Shown here one piece after another: positions 1 to 7,196 of a DNA stretch of 64,000 bases. Origin of the DNA: Dehalococcoidia bacterium. GTDB lineage: Bacteria; Chloroflexota; Dehalococcoidia; Lucifugimonadales; UBA3495. How positions within the stretch are numbered: the stretch's first letter is position 1; each line of letters begins with the position of its first letter. Position numbers and translations under genes: made by a program. The notes beneath the pieces are model-generated. The model searched no databases. It was given only the letters and a program-made list of their open reading frames with translations, and was not told the origin of the DNA. The DNA lies in assembly GCA_965242615.1 (NCBI GenBank), contig CBDESR010000002.1, positions 4,035 to 68,034 of the forward strand, in the 5' to 3' direction.

Positions 1-233
1 AGAGGGAGCGGCGGCCGGGCGGTCCGGGCTTGCCGAGTGCGCGGCGGTGGGGTCGGGCAAGGCGGCGGCAACGGTGGGTGCGGCGGTTTCAGTGGACTGG
101 GAAGTGGCCGGTTCTGCCGGCGGCGCGGTGGAACCGCAAGCCAGCAGCAAGGCCAAGGTCAGTAGGATCAGGGCAAAGAGGCTAACCCGCGGGAAAAGTC
201 GTGGGGGGGGGGGGGGGGGCAGAATTTCGGCAT
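1..233 (-). CDS. putative secreted lipoprotein, 5' part only (continues past window start); frame broken by a poly-C tract
   Basis: AAGGAG lies 6 nt upstream of the ATG at 233-231. The ORF reads MPKFC and then enters a C17 tract. Past the tract, in another frame, the sequence reads RLFPRVSLFALILLTLALLLAC-GST, a textbook lipobox signal peptide. As assembled, the ATG frame stops at 170-168. Confidence 0.4.
203..219. repeat. G17 homopolymer (C17 on the coding strand)
   Basis: Counted directly from the sequence: positions 203-219 are all G. Confidence 0.9.
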
Positions 234-340
234 CGGTAACTCCTTGTTTCGGGATTTAAGGAGCCGAGTTCGCGTCAGGCAAGGCCGGCTCCAAACTGGG
301 GATAGTATAGCACCGATTGCGGGGATTGCAACCCGCAATG

Positions 341-565
341 TCAAAGGATTCCATCCTTTTCAGGATGAACCGGAAATTGCTCAAAGTGAACCGCCCCCTC
401 CTCCTCCCCCTCCCCCGCCACCTCCCCCCACTCCTGCTCCAACTCCCGCCGCCGCCGCGTCAAAAAAAAGGCATAGCCAAAAAACACCAGCCAGCACACC
501 GCAAAAGCGGCGAACAGGTAGGCCAAATTAGCCGGAGCTTGGCTCTGCAACAAAATAAATCCCAT
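341..565 (-). CDS. ccmD: heme exporter protein D-like small membrane protein
   Basis: 74 aa with a single TM followed by a basic patch (LAYLFAAFAVCWLVFFGYAFFLTRRRRELE), as is typical of CcmD. It lies directly downstream of ccmC. Confidence 0.55.
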   Translation of the reverse strand: MGFILLQSQAPANLAYLFAAFAVCWLVFFGYAFFLTRRRRELEQEWGEVAGEGEEEGAVHFEQFPVHPEKDGIL

Positions 566-717
566 ACCCCTTTAACTTCCTTTATCCTCTATCGTCCCTG
601 ACGATGGATGATGAATGGTAGATGATGAATGATAGGAATGGTAGCTGGTAAATGGTAGCCGATAGCCAATGCTTGTTGACCGCCGGCTAATGCCCGCCGC
701 CCCGGCCGATTAGCCCA

Positions 718-1456
718 TTAGCCGCCGCCCCGCCGCCCCACCGCCAAACGCCGCGCCGCCAGCCGATCCTCCCCCCGCCGCAGCGCCGTCCGCTCCAGCA
801 GCAGATACAAAAACAGCAGCAGAAACACCCCCAGCGAAAAAAACAGAATGAACTGCATTATCGGCTCCAACGCCCCCGACTCCGCCAGCGGCCCCACCAC
901 CGCCGACGGGTGTATCGACCGCCACCACTGCACCGAATAATACACAATCGGCACATCCACAAACCCGACAATCCCCAACGCCGCCGCATAAACCGCCCCC
1001 TGCCGCCGGTTCGGCACATACGCCCGCAGCATCAAATACGCCACATAAATCAGCCACAAAATCAGCGTCGTCGTCAGCCGCGGCTCCCAAGTCCACCACA
1101 CCCCCCACACCGGCCGCGCCCAAATCGCCCCGGTCAGCACCGCCAGCGTAACAAACACCACCCCCACCTCGGCGGCCGCATTAGCCACCGCATCCCACGA
1201 ACCCTTGCGGGTAATCAGATAGCCAATGCTGGCCACAAACACCACAAAAAACGCCGCAAAGGACACGATGGCAATCGGCACATGGAAGTAAAAAATCCGC
1301 TGCACCTCCCCCCAACACCGCATCCGTCGGCGCGACCAGAAATATCAGATACAAGTTGACCAGCATCAAGACGCCGGTCAGGATTAGCAGTACGCCGGCC
1401 AATCCCGGGAAAGCGGCCCGCCGCCGGCCCGCCAAAATCTCTTGCCCCCTTGCCAA
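718..1456 (-). CDS. ccmC: cytochrome c biogenesis heme exporter protein C, split by an apparent +1 frameshift at the C6/G6 run 1308-1313
   Basis: Two overlapping ORFs (1181..1456 and 718..1323) join as ...LIFLVAPTDAVLGEVQRIFYFHVPIAIVSF... if one G is removed. The WGxxWxWD-type motif is present (VWGVWWTWEPRL). Confidence 0.85.
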
Positions 1457-1477
1457 ACCCGACTCCTCCTCTCCCCT

Positions 1478-2159
1478 TTATTCCTCGACCACAATGGAAA
1501 ACAGCCACGGACATATTACCAGAAACAGCAGGTCGAAAACCGCCAGCAGCAACAGCCAACGAATCACCCCGCCATCAAACAGCCCGCCGCCGTCCATCGC
1601 CCGCCCGGAAACCTCCACCGCCCCAATCAATACCGGCAGGATGACCGGAAAAAACAGCGCCGGCAGCATTATCTCCCGGGCCCGGGTCTGCACCGCAATA
1701 GCTGAAAACAGTACCCCCACCGTCGCAAACCCCAAAGTCGCCAGCAGCAACGCCAGCAGCAACAGCGGCGAAAAGGCCGCAAAATTCAGCAAGGCGGCGA
1801 ATACCGGCAGCAGTGCCGCCTCGATAATCAGCATAAACAGGAAACAGACCGCCGTCTTGCCCAGAAACACCGCATCCCGGCTCACCGGCGCCAGCAGCAA
1901 ACCCTCCAGCCCGCCCTGCTCCCGTTCCCGCGCAAACGCCCGGCTCATCGCCAACACCCCCGGCAAAGGCAAAGGCCGTCCACAGTACCCCCGGCGCCAA
2001 TTCCGCCGCCCGCTGCGGATTAACCCGCAAGGCAAAGTTAAACACCACCGCCACCAGCAGCCCGAACACCAGCGCGGCGACAACGATGTCCCGGGAGCGC
2101 AGTTCCAGCAGCAAGTCTTTCCACACCAACGCCGCCAGCGGCCGCCAAAACCCCATCAA
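1478..2159 (-). CDS. ccmB: heme exporter protein B, split by an apparent +1 frameshift at the C5 run 1967-1971
   Basis: The N-terminal ORF (MMGFWRPLAALVWKDLLLELRSRD...WTAFAFAG) and the C-terminal ORF (VLAMSRAFAREREQGGLEGLLLAP...) join perfectly if one base of the run is removed. Confidence 0.85.
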
Positions 2160-2162
2160 TCC

Positions 2163-2498
2163 CTAGCCCCCCGGCTGCTCCCCCGTCAACGGCTCCAGAA
2201 TATCCAGCAGCGTCTCCATCCGGTCCAAACCCCGGTCAATCGCCCCGGAATTCAGAAACCGCCGCCGCGTATAAAAGAACCCGTGCATCTCGTTAGCCCG
2301 CCCCCGCAAGTCATCCAACCGGGCATCGCCGGTCAACTCAGCGGCTTGGTACATCACCGTAAAAAACTGGTCATGCTTCTTATACTCCCACCCCTGCGCC
2401 TCGGCCACCGCCTTGGCCATCCACGCCGCCGCGCCCCAGCCCTTCTCCGCCGCCTGATGCCAGTCCCCCGCCGCCAGATACTCCCGCCCCTTGCTCAA
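2163..2498 (-). CDS. PaREP1-like (HEPN-fold) protein
   Basis: The motif GDWHQAAEKGWGAAAWMAKAVAEAQGW ... MHGFFY matches my memory of the PaREP1 family pattern (GD..QAsEKaWGAAA.avKA ... H.nFY). It is a paralog of 42444..43017. The start is TTG, and an N-terminal extension (ATG at 2623, other frame) is possible. Confidence 0.5.
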   Translation of the reverse strand: MSKGREYLAAGDWHQAAEKGWGAAAWMAKAVAEAQGWEYKKHDQFFTVMYQAAELTGDARLDDLRGRANEMHGFFYTRRRFLNSGAIDRGLDRMETLLDILEPLTGEQPGG

Positions 2499-2735
2499 AA
2501 AGCCCGGGCCTGCTGCCGGTAATCCGCCACCACCCCCTCCCCCCGGTCCGCCGCCGCGCCCTCCCCCGGATCAGCCATCACGCTCTCCCCCGGGGCATAC
2601 GGTTCCATTGGCGACATCTGCATTGCGCTGCCCTCCTTCCTTTCCTTGCCCGATAACCTACAACGCAGAATAACCCACCACCCCCACCCCCCGCAAGGGG
2701 GCAGCTGTCAGTCACCCCCTTCGCTCTCGAAATAC

Positions 2736-2765
2736 TTGACAGCCCTAGCCCAATACCAGTAAAGT
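2736..2765 (+). promoter_or_regulatory. candidate sigma70-type promoter of the methyltransferase gene
   Basis: TTGACA (2736-2741), an 18-nt spacer, then TAAAGT (2760-2765), about 45 nt upstream of the 2808 start. Confidence 0.35.
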
Positions 2766-2807
2766 CCCCCCATCCCGCCTAACTGGCCGCGCCGGAGTAG
2801 TATCAAC

Positions 2808-3817
2808 TTGAGCGATTACCAAAGCCGCAGCTACCTGTCGGTGGTTGAGGTAGCCAATCATACCGGGTTGCCCGTGCCGGAGATTCACCGGCTAGTGGCG
2901 GCCGGGGCTTTGCCGGCAGCCAAATCCGCCAGCGGCCAGTATCGCTTTGACCTGAAAGACATTGCCGCTTGGCAGCGCAATGGCAAAGGGAATGGGGCGG
3001 GCTGCGGAGAGCCGGCGTCCCAAAGGATTGCGGTCAACGGCGCTACCCAGCAGGTTATCGCCGGCGACGCCCGCAGTATGTCGGAAATCGCCGCCGCCAG
3101 TGTTCACTTGGTCATTACCCTCGCCGCCCTACTTCAACGCCAAAATGTATTCCGCCGAGCCGGATAGTGATTTGGGCAACATCCACGACCTGGAGGAATG
3201 GCTGCACCAAATCGGCTTGGTCTGGCAGGAAGTTTATCGGGTTTTGCAGCCGGGGCGCAAGTTCTTTCTCAACATAATGAACCTGCCCATCCGCGAGGGC
3301 AAATCCTTTCGCGCCCTGAACCTGGTCGGCCGGAACATTGACCGGTGCGAAAGTATCGGCTTTGTATTCAAGCGGGATATTGTCTGGCACAAGACCAATG
3401 GTGTGCGGGGCGCATTTCGGCACCTACCCCTATCCCGGCGGCATCCTCATCAACAATATGCACGAGTCCATCCTGGAGTTTGAGAAACCGACTACCCGGC
3501 CGGCGCAGAAGTATGCCCATCTCACCGCGCAGCAGAAAGCGGATTCCAAGCTGGACAAGGAGTTTTGGCTGTCGGTGAAAAACTCTGATGTGTGGTTGAT
3601 GAAACCGGAGAAAAGCGGCCGGCATCGCGACCACGCCGCCCCCTTTCCGGAGGAACTGCCGGCGCGGCTGCTGCGGGCTTACAGCTATATCGGGGAAACC
3701 GTCCTTGACCCCTTCGTCGGCTCCGGGACCACGCTGGTAGCGGCCGCCCGGCACGGACGGAATGGCATCGGCTACGACATCAACCCGGATTTTGCCGTAT
3801 GGCGGCGCAACACCTGA
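2808..3817 (+). CDS. HTH-fused beta-class DNA methyltransferase (N4-C/N6-A family, SPPY motif IV) with two apparent +1 frameshifts
   Basis: The N-terminus is an excisionase/MerR-type HTH (YLSVVEVANHTGLPVPEIHRLVAAGALPAAK..YRFDLKDIAAW). Motif IV is VHLVITSPPYFN once the C3 at about 3119 is corrected. Motif I, DPFVGSGTTLVAA, is C-terminal, so the order is IV...I (beta class). The frames 2808, 2962 and 3338 join at short C/G runs near 3119 and 3409. Confidence 0.85.
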
Positions 3818-3841
3818 AAGAGGTTTTGCTATGTCCCCGAA

Positions 3842-4360
3842 TCACAGCCCCTGCCCCGACAATGCCCAGCATCTCATATCGCTAAACGATGCTCGTCGGA
3901 TCTGCCGGTGGGAATCCCGCAACATTTCTATATAGGCGTACGTCCACGCCGCCGAGTATTCTTTGTCGCTAAGGGCTTCCAGTACCCTATTGGGACAAGG
4001 GCGAGTTCTGGAAATGAGATCCTCCGCCGGTACGATAACCCAATAAGGAGACGGGAAACTGATAGCAAGGGCATAGTAACCGTAGGGCGTTGCTGTCAGA
4101 GAGTCAAAATCGGCTTTGGTAAGTTGCCGCAACCGCGGCTGGGTAACTTCCGCCTCTACCTCAAACCGGAACTCTCGCCCTTCCCGAAAGGCAGTTATGT
4201 CGGGGTGACCCTGCTGGTTAACCTCGGTTACTTGATAGCCAAGCCGCAATAGCACGTGCGCCGCCAATCCTTGGACTTTGTAACCAAAATTCGCCCAAGT
4301 CAAGCTGGAGCGCATACTTTCAATGCACTCAATTGCAACCGTGTCAGTTTGGCTATTCAC
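3842..4360 (-). CDS. small PD-(D/E)xK-fold (Hjc/Mrr-like) putative nuclease
   Basis: 172 aa. Residues 25-71 read FGYKVQGLAAHVLLRLGYQVTEVNQQGHPDITAFREGREFRFEVEAEV, which has the alpha-beta-beta-beta pattern and PD...E-x-E of the restriction endonuclease fold. The GTG start is 1 nt after the ATPase stop. It lies tail-to-tail with the MTase, 25 nt apart. Confidence 0.5.
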   Translation of the reverse strand: MNSQTDTVAIECIESMRSSLTWANFGYKVQGLAAHVLLRLGYQVTEVNQQGHPDITAFREGREFRFEVEAEVTQPRLRQLTKADFDSLTATPYGYYALAISFPSPYWVIVPAEDLISRTRPCPNRVLEALSDKEYSAAWTYAYIEMLRDSHRQIRRASFSDMRCWALSGQGL

Positions 4361-4361
4361 C

Positions 4362-6455
4362 TTAGACCAACAGCTGCGGGCCGCCGTTGCGAGACCAGTT
4401 GGTGGGTTCTACGATGACATAGCTGGCCGGCTCAAAGTTCTCCGGCAACAACTTTCGGAATCGGTCGGTCTCTTGAGACGCGACGATAAGTTGCACGTTC
4501 TCCCCCAATTCGGCCAAACGCTGAACCAGTGTCTCGGTATGCTCTTCGTCGAATGCCCGAGTAGGGTCATCCAGCATAACCAAATACACTTCAGTGGGGG
4601 CTTCCTCGTTCTGGCTGAACGCGAAGTAAGGCGCAAGCTCTGCGGCTCTCTCCGCTTGCCCATTAAGAACTCCAATGGGTTCCTCGTCGGGAAACGGGTC
4701 TCGGCTGCTTGCTACTTTTAGTTGTAGCCTGGTCGGCGCATCCTTGGCGATAACCAGTCGGTCATACCAAGGATGGCGCGCCAGTGCATCGAAAGCGCGG
4801 GAAAGGTCGTCAGAAACACCGGGTTTGCCCGCCTCGAGACGTTCGCTCACATAGGTTTCGATTGCCCGGTGTATCTTCTTGACGGATTTACCGAAAGCAA
4901 CCAGGTCGTCGTGAGCTTCCTCGACCCGTCCCAAACGGCTTTCGGATTGTCGGAGTTCACTCAACTCCTTGTTTAACTGGTGCAACTTCTCCTCTTGCCT
5001 CAGGTTAAGCAGCCGCAATTTAAGGTCGTTAAACCATCCCTCTTGATCTCGTATCTGCGCCTCAAGGGAGGTCTTACGCTCGTTGAGCCGAGAATTGACC
5101 GCTTCAATCTGAGGCACGACAACCGGCTCCGGAAGCGCGTCAAAGTCTTCGCTGGTAAGCTCTTCATGCGCTTCTTTTGCCCGTTTAACCAGCTTATCCA
5201 GCTCCTCGGCAAGTCGCTGAATTTGACGGGTTAGTTCCTCGGCTTGATTGAGCCGAGACTGAAGTTGGGAAAGGGTTGAATCTACTTCTTCGGGCAACTG
5301 TGCGGATATGCGCCGCAACAGGGACTCCAAGCCCACCCGGCTATGTTCGGTTTCGCAAACAGGACATACCGCGATGTCGTCGTCACCACGGCTTACCAAA
5401 GAAACGGATTCATCGACAATCTTCCGCCTCAAGTCCAGAGTATCTTTCGCATCTTGAACTTGAGCAATATGGTTACGGAGTTCGTCAATGGAGCCACCCG
5501 ACAAAACCGCGTCGAGGCGCGATTGAGCCGCTTGCTTGGTGGCTTGATGCTCTTGTATGCCCGAGTGTATCTTTTGGAGTGCATCCAAGCGGGATATGCG
5601 TCCCTCGATATACTCCCGTTCCCTTTTGAGACCGACTTGGTCTTGGGAACGCTTGGCTTTTAGAGCATCGTCGGCATCTTCAATAAGAGCGTCCAGAGAC
5701 GCCCCTGACAGAGAATCGCCAGGCTGTTGACCGGTAATCTCTGTTATCAGATCCCGAACTTTGTTTTGGGATTCGACCGGAGTAGGAACGTTGGTGCTAC
5801 CCCAAGGAACCGCCTTCAATATACCGGCGCGTTGACCCGACAAATCGGCAATCTGATTCTTAATAACTGAGCGCACATCAGTTATTTGCTGCCCAAGGTC
5901 GTTTTCGACCCCTTCTTGTAAGAGAACAAAGTCGCTCAACTGCCTCGAAAAAGATTGGGGATTGGTAAGACCAAGGTGACGGAAAACGGTTCGCTCAAAG
6001 GGCAAAAGGTCTTCCGGTTGACGGTGTAAGGTGGTACCTTGAGGCGCAAAGATAATGTGCATCCCTTCGCCGGCGTCCGCAGACTCCAGTTGGGGCATAA
6101 TCTCCCCCACGGGACGCTCCCGACCATTGTCGTCAGTTAAAACCGCGTCGCTTCCGCCCCGGGCGCCCTGTAACAAGAGACGGTTAAGGTTCCATTGCCG
6201 ACCTTCGCGCAAAAGGTTTATCCCCACGCGGCACCGACCCGAGTAACCCCGATTAGCCACGACCTCATTCGGCCTGCGGGTAGAACCGAACAGTCCCCAG
6301 CGGATAGCCTCAATGATGCTGGACTTGCCATTGCCGTTCCGGCCCAAGAGAAAAGCGTGACGCCCTTCAAGTTTAATAACTTGGCGGGTAGTGAAACCCT
6401 TGAAACCTTCGATGGCAACGCTCTGGATACGGAAACCGACCGGCATTGAACTCAC
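4362..6455 (-). CDS. Rad50/SbcC/SMC-like ABC ATPase with coiled coil and CxxC zinc hook
   Basis: Walker A is LLGRNGNGKSSIIEAI. A long heptad-rich middle carries CPVCETEH near the midpoint. The C-terminal head has LNGQAE (a degenerate signature motif), Walker B VYLVMLDDP and D-loop AFD. The more likely start is the ATG at 6446 (GGAGG 8 nt upstream). Confidence 0.8.
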   Translation of the reverse strand: MSSMPVGFRIQSVAIEGFKGFTTRQVIKLEGRHAFLLGRNGNGKSSIIEAIRWGLFGSTRRPNEVVANRGYSGRCRVGINLLREGRQWNLNRLLLQGARGGSDAVLTDDNGRERPVGEIMPQLESADAGEGMHIIFAPQGTTLHRQPEDLLPFERTVFRHLGLTNPQSFSRQLSDFVLLQEGVENDLGQQITDVRSVIKNQIADLSGQRAGILKAVPWGSTNVPTPVESQNKVRDLITEITGQQPGDSLSGASLDALIEDADDALKAKRSQDQVGLKREREYIEGRISRLDALQKIHSGIQEHQATKQAAQSRLDAVLSGGSIDELRNHIAQVQDAKDTLDLRRKIVDESVSLVSRGDDDIAVCPVCETEHSRVGLESLLRRISAQLPEEVDSTLSQLQSRLNQAEELTRQIQRLAEELDKLVKRAKEAHEELTSEDFDALPEPVVVPQIEAVNSRLNERKTSLEAQIRDQEGWFNDLKLRLLNLRQEEKLHQLNKELSELRQSESRLGRVEEAHDDLVAFGKSVKKIHRAIETYVSERLEAGKPGVSDDLSRAFDALARHPWYDRLVIAKDAPTRLQLKVASSRDPFPDEEPIGVLNGQAERAAELAPYFAFSQNEEAPTEVYLVMLDDPTRAFDEEHTETLVQRLAELGENVQLIVASQETDRFRKLLPENFEPASYVIVEPTNWSRNGGPQLLV

Positions 6456-6862
6456 CTCCCCTCAGCGACTTGGCTGAGCAGACGCTTTACGCGTTCTTCA
6501 AAGCTCTGACTCTCTGTAGCCAAGTGTTCCCTGGCCGCTTCGGGTCCCGCCCTGTCGTACTCTTGAGCTACAGCTAACCACAGAGTACGAGCGTCATCCT
6601 CATCCGACGAGAACAACTTCCCGACGGCCGCGATGAATTCGATAGGTTGTTCTTCGGGCATAAGCCCCCGCAAAGCAGGATGTTCGACGAAATAGATTGC
6701 AGTATCGCAAGCCGCCAATATAGTAACACGCTTTAGTTTAACCGTCAACTCCTTAAAGAATGGATTCTGTGATACGCCGGTTAGCCGCCACCACCTCCGG
6801 TCCCTTCTCAAAACCCTGAAAACCGCATCCCGCCCGGCCGCCACTATCCCCCGGCTCCCCAA
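6452..6862 (-). CDS. hypothetical small protein, first gene of the ATPase operon (start uncertain)
   Basis: The ORF stop TGA (6454-6452) is 5 nt from the ATPase ATG. The upstream third is GC-rich and lies upstream of a promoter-like site, so the real start may be the ATG at 6661 (69 aa, MPEEQPIEFIAAVGK...). I recognise no domain. Confidence 0.4.
   Translation of the reverse strand: MGSRGIVAAGRDAVFRVLRRDRRWWRLTGVSQNPFFKELTVKLKRVTILAACDTAIYFVEHPALRGLMPEEQPIEFIAAVGKLFSSDEDDARTLWLAVAQEYDRAGPEAAREHLATESQSFEERVKRLLSQVAEGR
6720..6748 (-). promoter_or_regulatory. candidate promoter of the small-protein/ATPase/nuclease operon
   Basis: On the minus strand: TTGACG (6748-6743), a 17-nt spacer, then TACTAT (6725-6720). 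It sits at the GC-content break of the island. Confidence 0.4.
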
Positions 6863-6887
6863 AAAAACGCGCCAACAGCCTTAATCG

Positions 6888-7037
6888 CAGCTCGTTTCCG
6901 GTTCCATCGCGGTTTGATTTCAGTTCCATCGCAGCTAGTTTTCAGTTCCATCGCGGTTTGATTTCAGTTCCATCGCAGCTAGTTTTCAGTTCCATCGCGC
7001 CTTGTTCCCGGTTCCATCGCAGCTCGTTATATCCCCC
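6888..7037. repeat. array of about 6.8 tandem 22-bp units (44-bp super-period) ending in GTTCCATCG
   Basis: Units run at 6888-6909, 6910-6931, 6932-6953, 6954-6975, 6976-6997 and 6998-7019, plus a partial unit. They alternate cggtttgatttcagttccatcg and cagctagttttcagttccatcg. The array is homologous to the inverted array at 61419..61577. Confidence 0.9.
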
Positions 7038-7196
7038 GGCCCCGATCCGCCGCCCCCAACTTCTGCTCCGCCCTTGGAAATCTGGCGCCGGCCGCCAAAA
7101 GCAAACGGAACCCGGCCGCCATTAACATTTTCCCGCCGGCCGATTTGTGCTACTATAGCTCTTTACTCCAATCCCACTATTGAAAGGGCTGCGGGC

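Noticed and set aside
244-531. A proline-rich ORF (PPPPPPPPPPPPPTPAPTP) on the plus strand.
   Set aside because: It is the antisense reading of the Glu/Gly-rich tail of ccmD. There is no independent coding evidence.
718-2159. ccmC and ccmB as true pseudogenes (loss of System I).
   Set aside because: Both are repaired by deleting one base of a short G/C run, as in about a dozen other genes including essential ones. A sequencing artefact is the simpler explanation.
3842-6862. The ATPase operon as SbcCD, or as a Wadjet, Gabija or Septu system.
   Set aside because: There is no Mre11/SbcD phosphoesterase, no JetABD-like partners, and no Toprim/OLD or helicase/HNH partner genes. At 697 aa, the ATPase is smaller than the SMC-like JetC proteins (around 1100 aa) and smaller than typical SbcC.
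6888-7037. The 22-bp repeat arrays (here and at 61419..61577) as CRISPR arrays or as DnaA-box/oriC clusters.
   Set aside because: The units are directly abutting with no unique spacers, and no cas genes are present. I did not see TTATCCACA-type boxes in the arrays, and there is no dnaA nearby.
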